A program made the position numbers and the translations under genes. From NCBI GenBank assembly GCA_963706575.1, contig CAVPNL010000003.1:160001-224000 (forward strand): a stretch of 64,000 bases of DNA, given 5' to 3'. Of the stretch, positions 20,076-30,540 are shown one piece after another (position 1 is the first letter of the stretch; each line of letters starts with the position of its first letter). The stretch is from an uncultured delta proteobacterium (GTDB taxonomy: Bacteria > Desulfobacterota > Desulfobacteria > Desulfobacterales > JAHEIW01). Under the pieces are notes generated by a model, which was not told where the DNA came from, ran no database searches, and saw only the letters and a list, made by a program, of their open reading frames with translations.

Positions 20076-20246
20076 GTTTTTACCTCATCGGTGACATTTT
20101 CACTTTAAAAGCCTGCAAAACGCTATACCGATTTTGTTCTACCGATATTGAGCGATTGTCAAGGTTTGAAACGCTCATTTTAGGTTTTAATAAGTTTGTG
20201 TTCCCAACCATTCCGGACAAAGAGGGTTTATAACCTAGAGGGATTT

Positions 20247-21083
20247 TTACTTTGATTTTTGGAGTATTCGCAATTCCTGTTTTAAGGTATTTAACTCGGA
20301 ATGAATAAATTCTTTCAGTTCTGCAACCGCTTCGGCCAGATTGGCAAGAGATTGAGGTGCGCCTGAATCCGTCGCCAGACTTTTTTTAGCAGATTTCTCA
20401 GAGACTTTGCGGCCAGACCGCGCGGCTTCTTTCTGCAGGGGTGCTTTGATCAGAGATTCAATTTCTTTGGGAGCAGATATAACTTCTTTGGGAATTACTT
20501 TTGCTGCCTTTTTCTTCGAGACCTGATTCCGGAGTTGTTTATATTTGTCCATTTCAACGCGAAGTAATTTTTTCTTTTTCGATTCAGCCATATTCGCTGA
20601 TAGGACCACCTCTTCCAGACGGGCGAAAACGGAGTTCAGGATTTTAAAGGTTTTTGGGTGGGCATTCCCACGATTGGTTTTGATATAAACGCCGAGAGAA
20701 CCCAAAAGCTGAAGAAACGTTAAAATGATTTTTTGGTTTTTATAGGTTGCTTTCAGACTGTCTACTTGGGAAAGAAAACCGGCCAATGCTTCTTCGGTGA
20801 TTTCCCAGTCGATTGAAAGAACCAGATTCTTCAACTCTGCCAGGGGATAATCATCTGACACGCCTTCACCATCCGTCTCCTCTGCAGTAACGTCTGTTAA
20901 ATCAAAAATATCTTCTTCTTCCGGCACCGCTTGTTTTTCTCGCGCTTTATTTTCTTCTGCGACCGTATCTTTTGCTTCGATAGGATTTTCATCGCCGGCA
21001 GACGTATCCCCTTCTCCAAAGAGGTCATCAAGACGTTTCGCAATCTCGGAGTCCAGATTATTGTCATTGGATTTATCGACCAA
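20247..21083 (-). CDS. Hypothetical protein, acidic N-terminus plus helical domain
   Basis: GGAGGGG RBS, TTG start; LVLSIDWEITEE core; C-terminal coiled coil. Confidence 0.75.
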   Translation of the reverse strand: MVDKSNDNNLDSEIAKRLDDLFGEGDTSAGDENPIEAKDTVAEENKAREKQAVPEEEDIFDLTDVTAEETDGEGVSDDYPLAELKNLVLSIDWEITEEALAGFLSQVDSLKATYKNQKIILTFLQLLGSLGVYIKTNRGNAHPKTFKILNSVFARLEEVVLSANMAESKKKKLLRVEMDKYKQLRNQVSKKKAAKVIPKEVISAPKEIESLIKAPLQKEAARSGRKVSEKSAKKSLATDSGAPQSLANLAEAVAELKEFIHSELNTLKQELRILQKSK

Positions 21084-21094
21084 TTTATCCCCTC

Positions 21095-21700
21095 CTATTT
21101 CAAGTCCCTTTTTATAGACGCTACCGTCATCGAAATTATCTTTTTCAAAGTTATGACGACATTGGTTCCTTTTAGCGCACTGGCTTTAAATGACGGTCGT
21201 TTTAACTGGCCGTTGAGATCTTTTTCAAGAAGATCGGTCGGAAGCAGCGGAATTCCTTGTTCGACAAGGTCGGCTTTATTATACTGGATGACACAGGGAA
21301 TCCTGAAAATACTCTTTTTATAATTGGCAAGGTTTTCCTGTAGATTCTTTAAAGACAAAATATTTTTTTCACGGCGGACTGCCATGGAATCGGCAACAAA
21401 AACAATGCCATCCACCCCTCTTAGGACCAATCTGCGGGTCGCATTGTATTTCACCTGGCCGGGTACGGTGTAGAGTTGAATTTTAACATCATATCCATTG
21501 ATCACACCGATATCAAACGGCAAAAAGTCAAAAAAAAGCGTACGATCACCGTGCGTTTTAACAGTGACCATCTCGGTGTTGATACGCTTCCGGAATTTTT
21601 TGTATATGTATTCCAGGTTCGTCGTTTTGCCGCCGCGACCGGGACCGTAATAGACAATTTTGACCTGGATTTCTTTATTTTTCAGATTTACAAATGCCAT
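21095..21700 (-). CDS. mglA: MglA-family small GTPase
   Basis: KIVYYGPGRGGKTTN, DRTLFFDFLP (intrinsic Arg), YTVPGQ, QYNKxDL. Confidence 0.95.
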   Translation of the reverse strand: MAFVNLKNKEIQVKIVYYGPGRGGKTTNLEYIYKKFRKRINTEMVTVKTHGDRTLFFDFLPFDIGVINGYDVKIQLYTVPGQVKYNATRRLVLRGVDGIVFVADSMAVRREKNILSLKNLQENLANYKKSIFRIPCVIQYNKADLVEQGIPLLPTDLLEKDLNGQLKRPSFKASALKGTNVVITLKKIISMTVASIKRDLK

Positions 21701-21763
21701 GCGATATCTTAAAATTCAAAAAAACAAACAACCATCAACGCGCCAAGTAAATGACTGACGGTT

Positions 21764-22168
21764 TTAGAGTGAAAGGAGCGGTTCCAATATGGTTTTCAGC
21801 TGCTCGACCGAATCGGCAACTTTCAGTCTTAGAAACCCCAGCGAAATATCATTGCCGAAAATGGTAATCAGCAAAAACTCGGTCGTAATTTTGTTAAAAT
21901 GGATATTTTCTTTTTTGCCTTTATGAAACAGCAACGAAAACTCATTTTCCCCGATGATTTTGGCCATTGCGCTGACAGCGCCGAAATTGCCGGCCGCCAG
22001 GGCCGCCAGCGAATAAATATCATGCTGTTTTTCCCCATTATCCAGGTTGGCGATGATGTTGCCGGCCATATCAATCAGAAAAACACAGCGGACCCCATTT
22101 TCTATAAGATCCTGCTGTAAAATATCCTCTATTCTGTCGAGTTGTTTTTGACCAAGTGTGTAAGACAA
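21764..22168 (-). CDS. mglB: MglB roadblock/LC7 protein (GAP of MglA)
   Basis: VFLIDMAG, SLAALAAGN, AKIIGENEFSLLFH, SLGFLRLK; AGGAGGAG RBS. Confidence 0.92.
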   Translation of the reverse strand: MSYTLGQKQLDRIEDILQQDLIENGVRCVFLIDMAGNIIANLDNGEKQHDIYSLAALAAGNFGAVSAMAKIIGENEFSLLFHKGKKENIHFNKITTEFLLITIFGNDISLGFLRLKVADSVEQLKTILEPLLSL

Positions 22169-22638
22169 TTGCTCCTCCTGAATCGTGTGATGTGCGGCTT
22201 GATTGATTGCCTAGTCCCAAGTGAATGATCATCAATCCTTTTATATTCAGAATTCCTTCTGAAAGAAACAGCCAATAAACAGGATAGCAGCGCTGCTGAT
22301 TGTCCAACAGCGCTTCTGCCGGCTTCCCTGGAGACAAAAGAGTTTAAAATGGCGCACTCGACCCATCTGCTTCCGCCGCAGTGCCGAAGGTAACCAATTT
22401 TAAAAAAATTTTAAGGAATTTCCGAGCTTTCGGTCTCTCTATCAACCTTAAAGTCGGTATTTTTTTTAAAAAACTTTAATATTATTGAACAGATATCCCT
22501 TTAAAGGCCATAAAAGTCTAAAATCTTTTTATACTAGCCTTATGTTTCTTAAATTACACAAAAAACACCATTTTAGCAAGCTAAATCTTTGATTGGGGAA
22601 GCTTGCAAACAGGGAGCCGAAAACCGGAAAGCGCCGGG

Positions 22639-24534
22639 TCAAAGCTTTCGAAGGGCGGGAACATGAACTTCTTTTGAATTTGACAAATTCATTTCAATCA
22701 AAACTTCGTTACCGGATTGGGTGGTAATTTTCAAATCCGGGTAGCGTTTTCTGAAAACCTGGATCATTGCACTGTTCTCCCGCAATACCGATGCTTGAAA
22801 GTGCGTATAATTATTTTTTTTGGCGATTTGCTCAAGCACCTCAAGCAGATATGAGGCAATTCCCATACTCTGGTAATCTTCACGAACCACAAAAGCAATT
22901 TCAGCCACCTGCTCGCGGTCATAAGCATAGGTCCCAATGGCAATTATCTCTTTATGGCCTCCTTTTTGAACCAGGCCAATGATGGACATATTCTTACGGT
23001 AATCCACGCTGGACCACTGTTTTTGGACGACCTCATGCGAGAAGGAGCGCATGCGATAAAAAAACCGCATATAAATTGTTTTTTCCTGAAGTGAATAAAA
23101 GAAATTTCGGTAGGCAATTTCATCCGAAGGCAAAAGCGGTCGAAACTCCGCTGTTTTTCCATTTTTCAACTTAAACGTACTCTTATACCCTTCCAGAAAA
23201 AGCAGGTCTTCGGTGGAAGGTGGCAGTTGGTCAGCAAATATATAGTGGCGCATTTTGGCCACATTGATGAGCTGCTCGCGGAATTTTGGATGGGCGATCT
23301 GCGCCAGCTCCATGACCCGCTGATAAATGCTTTTGCCCTGAAGTTCTGCGATGCCGTATTCGGTAATGACAAAGTTGACATCCCCTCGGGTGGTGGCAAC
23401 TCCGGCGCCTTCACTTAAATGCGATACAATGCGTGAAACTGCACCGTTTTGCGCTGTCGACGGCAAGGCCACAATCGAAAACCCGCCTTTGGACATGGAG
23501 CTGCCTCTTAAAAAGTCAACCTGGTCTCCGATACCGCTGTAAAACAGATAACCCATGGAATCCGAACAGATTTGGCCGGTTAAATCCACTTCAAGGGCTG
23601 AACTGATAGAGACCAGGTGGTCGTTGCGGGCGATGACGGTGGGATCATTAACATACTCGGAAGAACGGAAATAAAAAGTGGGGTTGTTATCGACATAATC
23701 ATACAATTTTTTGGAACCCATACACAGGGACGCAACCACCCTGCCCGGCAGCAGTGTTTTTTTCTTGTTGGTAATCACCTTCTTCTCAAATAATGGCAAC
23801 AGGCCATCGGTAATGAGCTGGGTGTGAAGACCCAGGTCCTTTTTGGTGTCCAAATACTGCATGATGGCATAAGGCAAGTGACCGAACCCTATTTGAAGGG
23901 TGTCCCCGTCATCCACCAGCTGGGAGACAAAATGCCCGATCCGCAATGCAATATCGTTATCCTTTTCGGCAGGAACCATCTCCACCAGGGGCTCTTCGTA
24001 GGGCACCAGCCAGTCGATTTCGTCGACGTGTACGAAGCTGTCGCCCCAGGTACGGGGCATCAGCGGATTGACCTGGGCAATCACCAGGCGGGAGTTTTCC
24101 AGCCCCGACCGGGTGATATCGACCGATACGCCCAGACTACAATAGCCGAATTTATCGGGCGGGCTGACCTGAACCAGGGCCACATCCAGGCCGATGCGCT
24201 GGCTGGCAAAAAGTCGGGGAATCTGGGACAGATAGGCCGGAATATAATCAATTTTTCCTTCAAATGCGGCCTTGCGCATACTGGCGCTGATAAAAAACAG
24301 TTTAAGAGAAAATCTGCGCCGAAAGGATTCATCGTCAATATACCGCGAAAAAGTCGACGACAGCATTTGATAAACCAGAACATCCTGAATGCTTGAATTA
24401 TTAATCATCGCCTTAATCAGATGCTGGGGTTCACCGCATCCGGTACCGATAAAGACACGACTGCCGTTTTTAATTTGCAAAACCGCCTCCTCGGCGCTGA
24501 CAACTTTATTCGGGCACAATCGCATCAAATCCAT
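22639..24534 (-). CDS. Acetyl-CoA hydrolase/transferase fused to a GNAT domain
   Basis: DGDTLQIGFG, YSGIGDQVDF, VITEYGIAEL; C-terminal AEIAFVVREDYQSMGIAS. Confidence 0.9.
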   Translation of the reverse strand: MDLMRLCPNKVVSAEEAVLQIKNGSRVFIGTGCGEPQHLIKAMINNSSIQDVLVYQMLSSTFSRYIDDESFRRRFSLKLFFISASMRKAAFEGKIDYIPAYLSQIPRLFASQRIGLDVALVQVSPPDKFGYCSLGVSVDITRSGLENSRLVIAQVNPLMPRTWGDSFVHVDEIDWLVPYEEPLVEMVPAEKDNDIALRIGHFVSQLVDDGDTLQIGFGHLPYAIMQYLDTKKDLGLHTQLITDGLLPLFEKKVITNKKKTLLPGRVVASLCMGSKKLYDYVDNNPTFYFRSSEYVNDPTVIARNDHLVSISSALEVDLTGQICSDSMGYLFYSGIGDQVDFLRGSSMSKGGFSIVALPSTAQNGAVSRIVSHLSEGAGVATTRGDVNFVITEYGIAELQGKSIYQRVMELAQIAHPKFREQLINVAKMRHYIFADQLPPSTEDLLFLEGYKSTFKLKNGKTAEFRPLLPSDEIAYRNFFYSLQEKTIYMRFFYRMRSFSHEVVQKQWSSVDYRKNMSIIGLVQKGGHKEIIAIGTYAYDREQVAEIAFVVREDYQSMGIASYLLEVLEQIAKKNNYTHFQASVLRENSAMIQVFRKRYPDLKITTQSGNEVLIEMNLSNSKEVHVPALRKL

Positions 24535-24726
24535 TACTTTATCCTCGCTGAACGCTGTGATCTTAGATTCTATCACGCCTTGTGTCTTTCGTGATCTTTT
24601 TGATTTAATTACAATAATACGAATTGGAGATAAATCAACAATCAATTGTTTTCTAACTAAAAAGGCCCTATACTATGCATCCAGGACTTCGATTACAAAA
24701 ACGGGAGGATAGAATCCCCTGACATC

Positions 24727-25464
24727 ATGAAATCCTTTAAACCCAAAAGTCTGTATCGCCCGTTTGAAGGTCTCAAAACCCTTTTGGAAGCCCAGTCCGT
24801 TCCGCTAAAAAAGGACGATGGTGCTCTGACATCAGAATCAGCGGAGCCCACAGCAGATCCGGCAGCCGACCGCGCGCTTTTTGAAGCGGCCATGGCGGAT
24901 GTCGAAAGAATAACCCAAAACATTTGTGCCAAACAAGATTCTCAAAAATCAGAAGTTGCGGGGTCCAATGAAACCGATGAATCGGATACACTAGTTCAGT
25001 TAAAAGAACTTGTTGAAACCGGCAAAGGGTTTGTGGTTGCGGACACCCCCGAATATGTCGAAGGAATCGGCTACAATGTAAACCGGGAGGTTGCCAAACG
25101 GCTTCACAACGGCCAATTTTCAATCCAGGGGCACATCGACCTGCACGGTCTGACCGTTGAGAGCGCCCGAGCAGCCTTTGAAAACTATTTAAAAGAAAGT
25201 ATCGCTACCGGTAAAAGAATGGTTTTAATCATCCACGGTCGCGGCCTTTCTTCGCCGGTGAAGCCGATATTAAAAACAAAAGTAATTAATTGGCTCACCA
25301 CCGGGCGCTGGCGCAAGTGGGTCATGGCATTTACCAGCGCACGATTGTGTGACGGGGGCGCAGGTGCTACTTACGTACTCTTGCGGAAACGACCGGCAAC
25401 CAAACGGTATAAAAAAGGTCGCAAATGTAAAAAATTGCTTGACAAACGCCAAATTGATCATTAA
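24727..25464 (+). CDS. Smr/MutS2 C-terminal domain protein
   Basis: IDLHGLT, IIHGRG, DGGAGATYVLL. Confidence 0.92.
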   Translation: MKSFKPKSLYRPFEGLKTLLEAQSVPLKKDDGALTSESAEPTADPAADRALFEAAMADVERITQNICAKQDSQKSEVAGSNETDESDTLVQLKELVETGKGFVVADTPEYVEGIGYNVNREVAKRLHNGQFSIQGHIDLHGLTVESARAAFENYLKESIATGKRMVLIIHGRGLSSPVKPILKTKVINWLTTGRWRKWVMAFTSARLCDGGAGATYVLLRKRPATKRYKKGRKCKKLLDKRQIDH

Positions 25465-25562
25465 CAATTGTCGTTTTACATTTTATTGTTTAACCACCCC
25501 CATCGCAAACCATGTACCATCGGAGATGGGGGTTTTTATTCCAAATAATCAAGGAAAGCCAG

Positions 25563-27650
25563 ATGAAAAAAGACATCCGAAACGTCAGAAACATCGGTAT
25601 CAGTGCCCATATCGATTCGGGGAAAACAACCCTGACCGAGCGTATTCTCTATTACACCCAGCGCATTCACACCATGCACGACGTGAAAGGCAAAGACGGC
25701 GTTGGCGCTACCATGGATTCAATGGAGCTTGAAAAGGAACGGGGCATTACCATTGCCTCGGCAGCCACCTATTGCGAATGGCGCGACCATAAAATTAATA
25801 TTATCGACACGCCCGGTCACGTCGACTTTACGATCGAGGTCGAACGTTCCCTGAGTGTTTTAGATGGCGCTATACTGGTCCTTTGCGCCGTTGCCGGCGT
25901 TCAATCTCAGTCCATTACCGTCGATCAGCAGATGAAACGCTATAAAGTTCCCGGCATCGCATTCATCAACAAATGCGACCGCAGTGGCGCCAACCCGGAC
26001 CGGGTGATACGACAGCTCAAAGAAAAATTAGGGCACAATGCCGTTGCCATGCAATTGCCCATCGGGCTTGAAGCAGATTTTGAAGGTGTGGTTGACCTCG
26101 TCGCCATGAAGGCGGTCTATTTCGACGGCGATAAAGGCGAACAGGTCCGTCAGGAGAAAATTCCGGCGGATTTAATGCAAGCCGCTCAGGAACACCGCGA
26201 AATACTTATCGATCAAGCCTCCATGTTTTCGGACGCGTTAACCGAAGCCATTCTGGAAGAACAGAAAATCACTTCAGAAATGATTATCGCCGGCGTCCGC
26301 CAGGGAGTTGTCGAAAGACGTCTGACACCGGTATTCATCGGCTCGGCCTATAAAAATAAAGGCATTCAACCGCTTTTGGATGCGGTAACCCAGCTGCTCC
26401 CCTGCCCGCTTGATGTCGAGAATCTGGCACTGGACATGAACAACGAAGAGCAACCGGTGGTGCTTTCCAATGAAATCGACAGGCCCCTGGTGGCCCTGGC
26501 ATTCAAGCTGGAAGATGGACCTTACGGCCAGTTAACTTACATCCGAGTCTATCAGGGAGCGCTGGCCAAAGGGAATACGATCATAAACGTGCGCACCGGG
26601 AAAAAAGTCAAAGTCGGCCGCGTGATCCGCATGCATGCGAATCAGATGGAAGATATCGAATCGATTCCCGCCGGTTACATCGGCGCACTGTTCGGTATTG
26701 ACTGCGCTTCGGGAGACACCTTCGTCGGCCCCGGAATCCGTTTAACCATGACTTCCATGTATGTGCCGGAACCGGTGATATCGCTGGCCATTTTTCCCAA
26801 AGACAATAAATCTGAGGTCAATGTATCCAAAGCTTTAGGACGATTTACCAAAGAAGACCCGACCTTTAAGGCCTATGTGAACGAGGAAACCGGTGATACG
26901 ATTATTTCGGGGATGGGGGAACTCCATCTGGAAGTTTACATTGAACGCATGCGGCGCGAATATCAGGCCGAAGTCGACACCAGCCCGCCCCGCGTCGCCT
27001 ATCGGGAAACCATTACCCGCAAAGCGGAATTCGATTATATTCACAAAAAGCAAACCGGTGGTGCCGGCCAATTCGGACGGATTGGCGGTTATTTGGAGCC
27101 GGTCCAGGATGAAGATTTTATCTTCGAAAATAAAATTGTGGGCGGGGCGATCCCGACCCAGTTTATCGCCGCCTGCGAAAAGGGCTTTAAAGAATGCATG
27201 CAAAAGGGCCCTAAAATGGAGTTTCCCGTCACCGGGATTCGCGTGGTCATCAATGACGGCGCCTCTCATTCGGTTGATTCATCTGATATGGCGTTTAAGT
27301 CGGCGGCCCGCGGTGCCTTCCGGCAGGGCTATGGCAAAGCCAAGGCAGTTGTCCTGGAGCCTATCATGAAAGTGGTGGTGGAAACACCGACCGATTTCCA
27401 GGGGGCAGTCATGTCGACCTTAAACCAGCGAAGAGGAATGATTGTGGGCTCGCAGGACGAAGGGCCTTTCAGTGTGATCGAATCTCAGGTGCCGTTATCG
27501 GAAATGTTCGGTTATTCCACCGATTTGAGGTCGGCGACCAAGGGGCAAGCCCAATTTACAATGGAGTTTCTCACCTATAAACAACTTCCGCAGTCTATTG
27601 CTGATGATTTGATAAAAAAAGCGGCGGCCGAAAAAAAGAATGTTGCCTAA
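25563..27650 (+). CDS. fusA: Elongation factor G (outside the str operon)
   Basis: [45 protein letters not shown]. Confidence 0.97.
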   Translation: MKKDIRNVRNIGISAHIDSGKTTLTERILYYTQRIHTMHDVKGKDGVGATMDSMELEKERGITIASAATYCEWRDHKINIIDTPGHVDFTIEVERSLSVLDGAILVLCAVAGVQSQSITVDQQMKRYKVPGIAFINKCDRSGANPDRVIRQLKEKLGHNAVAMQLPIGLEADFEGVVDLVAMKAVYFDGDKGEQVRQEKIPADLMQAAQEHREILIDQASMFSDALTEAILEEQKITSEMIIAGVRQGVVERRLTPVFIGSAYKNKGIQPLLDAVTQLLPCPLDVENLALDMNNEEQPVVLSNEIDRPLVALAFKLEDGPYGQLTYIRVYQGALAKGNTIINVRTGKKVKVGRVIRMHANQMEDIESIPAGYIGALFGIDCASGDTFVGPGIRLTMTSMYVPEPVISLAIFPKDNKSEVNVSKALGRFTKEDPTFKAYVNEETGDTIISGMGELHLEVYIERMRREYQAEVDTSPPRVAYRETITRKAEFDYIHKKQTGGAGQFGRIGGYLEPVQDEDFIFENKIVGGAIPTQFIAACEKGFKECMQKGPKMEFPVTGIRVVINDGASHSVDSSDMAFKSAARGAFRQGYGKAKAVVLEPIMKVVVETPTDFQGAVMSTLNQRRGMIVGSQDEGPFSVIESQVPLSEMFGYSTDLRSATKGQAQFTMEFLTYKQLPQSIADDLIKKAAAEKKNVA

Positions 27651-27854
27651 ATAAATAACGACTTGCGTGTTAAACGTTAATGTTATCAAATGGCTGAAAT
27701 AAAGCACTTTAAAAATACAAATACTTCTGTTAACACTCGAAGGCAGTTTGAATTCGAGGACCAAGCATTTCCTTTCAAGGAACCCGAACTTCAGAAAAAT
27801 ACAGCTGGAATCGGAACAGACAAAATCTGTTATATTAGAGAAAGGAATATACGC

Positions 27855-28556
27855 ATGCTGAAAAATGAGCTTATCTTAAAAAATCCGTTGCGGCGAATGG
27901 GTTATGAAAGCGACGATATTCTAAAAGGAGGTCAATTCGGGGCGGTGACGGCCCGCGCCGGTGTGGGTAAAACCGCCTTTCTGGTTCAACTGGCCTTAAA
28001 CAGCATGCTGCGGGAAAAAAATGTGCTGCACATCAGCCTCAATGATCCCGTAAAAAAAGTAAGCCTTTGGTACAAGGAGGTTTTTAACCGGATTGCAACC
28101 CAGTACGCCATCCATCAAAGCGTTCAGCTGTGGGATACCATTCTGCCCCATCGGTTCATTATGACATTTAAAGTGGAAGGCTTCAGCGTTCCAAAACTTG
28201 AAGAACGACTGACCGATCTGATCGAGCAGGACATTTTCAAGCCGCATGCCATGATCATTGACGGCCTTCCATTCGACAATGCGGTCAATCAGGACCTGGC
28301 AGATCTAAAAAGCCTTGCCAGCCACGAGGGGATGCATGTGTGGTTTACCATTCGCACCCACCGTCACGAGGAACCCGGCCCCAACGGCACTCCTGCCCAG
28401 CTGATTCAAATCGCCGATTTATTCGAAGTCGCCATTCAGCTGGTTCCGGTTGGAAAACAAATTCAAATAAAAGCGTTTAAGGGACCCGGCTCCGGGGGGG
28501 ATCAACCCGATTTGATGCTGGACCCTGCTACCATGTTGATCCAGGATCAAACCTGA
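27855..28556 (+). CDS. RecA/KaiC-like P-loop NTPase
   Basis: Walker A ARAGVGKT, VLHISL, Walker B MIIDG; AAAGGA RBS before 27855. Confidence 0.75.
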   Translation: MLKNELILKNPLRRMGYESDDILKGGQFGAVTARAGVGKTAFLVQLALNSMLREKNVLHISLNDPVKKVSLWYKEVFNRIATQYAIHQSVQLWDTILPHRFIMTFKVEGFSVPKLEERLTDLIEQDIFKPHAMIIDGLPFDNAVNQDLADLKSLASHEGMHVWFTIRTHRHEEPGPNGTPAQLIQIADLFEVAIQLVPVGKQIQIKAFKGPGSGGDQPDLMLDPATMLIQDQT

Positions 28557-28807
28557 AATACGGGCATGAGCCAGTCTGATCCTATCTGAAACCACCCTTA
28601 ATTGACTGTATTTAAAATGACACACCTATAGCTGCGTCTTCGCCACTGATTCCTTTGCGCCTGTTTTTCGCAGCTATGCTTTGCTTCAACCGGGCCTGAT
28701 AAATGCCTTTATATTCACCCACCCTCAATTTTCCTCAAGTGATCTCATTTTATTCCGATACAAGTAACAACCGTGAAACAGCAAGTAACAAAAAATGGGA
28801 TTTGCCA

Positions 28808-29437
28808 ATGAAACCGTCGAACAGAGAACGCCAAAGAAAATGGAAGCAAAAACAGGCATCTAACGGCATGCGGGCGATAACGGTGATGCTGTCGGTTGAA
28901 ATAAAGGACCTCATCGACCGCAAACGTAAAGAAACCGGAGCGACCATTGCTCAAATTATTGAAACCGCTGTCATCAATCTGCTGACCGCTCCGGAAAATG
29001 AATCCCAAAGTATCGTGAAAACAAAATCATATCAGGAACTTGAAGCGTTCCCGGCTGAGGAACTGCACCAAATCAGCGCTGACTTAAAGTCAATTATTCA
29101 GCGGTTCGACACGCTGACAGAATCAAAATCTGCTGTTACCGGTAACCCCAAAAACGTTACAAATAACGTTTCCGTTGAATCCAAACGGGAAAATTCCACG
29201 AGTAACGAAATTTATCGCCTCGTTCGGCTGCTCAATAATATGGAAGTCAGTCCGGATGAAATTGCGCTTACCCTCAATAAAAGAAAATTCAAGACATTAT
29301 CTGGAAGCGCGGAATGGAAGCTGGAAGATGTCCATGAAGTCTTAAAGGATATTCATCAAAAATACGGCCACATAAATCCGCTCTTTTCGATATCCGTCAC
29401 CCCTAAGCATTCTGACTTGGCAGATCGGGAAGTTTGA
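28808..29437 (+). CDS. Hypothetical DNA-binding protein (RHH-like N-terminus, recombinase-type HTH C-terminus)
   Basis: RERQRKWKQKQ...ITVMLS...IIETAV; EIALTLNKRKFKTLSGSAEW; start uncertain. Confidence 0.55.
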   Translation: MKPSNRERQRKWKQKQASNGMRAITVMLSVEIKDLIDRKRKETGATIAQIIETAVINLLTAPENESQSIVKTKSYQELEAFPAEELHQISADLKSIIQRFDTLTESKSAVTGNPKNVTNNVSVESKRENSTSNEIYRLVRLLNNMEVSPDEIALTLNKRKFKTLSGSAEWKLEDVHEVLKDIHQKYGHINPLFSISVTPKHSDLADREV

Positions 29438-29440
29438 ACC

Positions 29441-29977
29441 TTATTTAAAATATCCACTGGTGACGAATAGATCGTTATTCGTCTTTTTTACATAAACGTG
29501 TTTTAGCTTTCCGCCCGACGGATATTCAACCCAAACCCCATCGACGGTTCCTTTTACAATTTCATTGTAAATAAAGGGTACAACATTTTTGACGTTAAAT
29601 CCGGGCCAACTTGGATGCACAATCATTTCTCCTTCCGCGTCCATGATCGCAATAAAGGGCGAAAAAACATCTGGTTTGATATCCGTTGCTGATTTTCCAT
29701 TGTTTATGCCTGCGACAATGGTAGCCGCATTTTTCATAATCACCGGCTTATCCGCTGCAGTTGCGATTTCGACGCTTTGCTGCTCATCAAGAGATTGAAA
29801 AAACCCGGGGGCTTTACCACCGCCGGGGAAAAAACTCATTAAACCATAAAAGAAAAAGAATAGACCGAAAGCAAAAAGAATATAAAAAATAATCACCTTA
29901 TAATTCTCTGTAAAAAATCCTGTAATCGCTGTTTGATTCACCTGCAGCCCCCTCAGAATGGTGTCTATGCGAGCCAA
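29441..29977 (-). CDS. Membrane-anchored protein with a single Cache-like domain
   Basis: One TM helix; GEMIVHPS, GVWVEYP, KHVYVKK, FVTSGY. Confidence 0.6.
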   Translation of the reverse strand: MARIDTILRGLQVNQTAITGFFTENYKVIIFYILFAFGLFFFFYGLMSFFPGGGKAPGFFQSLDEQQSVEIATAADKPVIMKNAATIVAGINNGKSATDIKPDVFSPFIAIMDAEGEMIVHPSWPGFNVKNVVPFIYNEIVKGTVDGVWVEYPSGGKLKHVYVKKTNNDLFVTSGYFK

Positions 29978-30041
29978 TATTTGGATCGTACATCCCGGTT
30001 TTGGTTCAATTTAATCATATTATGATCAAAATTTCGGCTAG

Positions 30042-30086
30042 ACCTTAATATCCAGATGTACTTTTGTCAAGTATATTTGTACTTTT
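30042..30086 (-). promoter_or_regulatory. Sigma70 promoter overlapped by a 9-bp direct repeat
   Basis: TTGACA (30070-30065)-N17-TAAGGT; TGTACTTTT at 30057 and 30078. Confidence 0.5.
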
Positions 30087-30222
30087 TTATCGGATTAGAT
30101 GATGAAATTTGCAGTGGGATGAGACACTTGAGTCGGTTTATGGTCTAAATGGAAACAAAAATAGAGTCGTCGCTCAAAAAAAACCTGAAGCGCTGAAAAG
30201 AATGAGGCAAACCGAAATAGAA

Positions 30223-30540
30223 TTAAAATCCACCCGGTGACCATCGGTAGTGAGTCAACAAAATTAGCGCAACAAGGCTGCCCGCTATCGCTAAAGTGAG
30301 CTTAAAAAGCGTCCACCAGTTCAGTGGTTCATATTCTTTGAGCTCAGGTGAGTAAGGAAGGGCGGGAAATGGGATAATGGTGCATCCGCTGGCGGTGGAA
30401 ACAGCGCTTGTCATTCCGAGACGGGCCAATTTTTTTAAAATAATATTGATTAATGGCCGATCATTAAGCAGCTGGGCTTTTTGCATGATTTGAAGATAAT
30501 AATCACGTTTCTGCTCAACAAATTCAGATTTATCCGCCAC
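30223..30540 (-). CDS. Small protein with C-terminal TM helix, coupled to the XRE gene
   Basis: GTG at 30540 overlaps the XRE 3' end; LTLAIAGSLVALILL. Confidence 0.55.
   Translation of the reverse strand: MADKSEFVEQKRDYYLQIMQKAQLLNDRPLINIILKKLARLGMTSAVSTASGCTIIPFPALPYSPELKEYEPLNWWTLFKLTLAIAGSLVALILLTHYRWSPGGF

Noticed and set aside
22170..22440. c-di-GMP or other known riboswitch in the mglB leader
   Set aside because: No GEMM-type or other consensus that I could recognise; an Rfam scan would settle it
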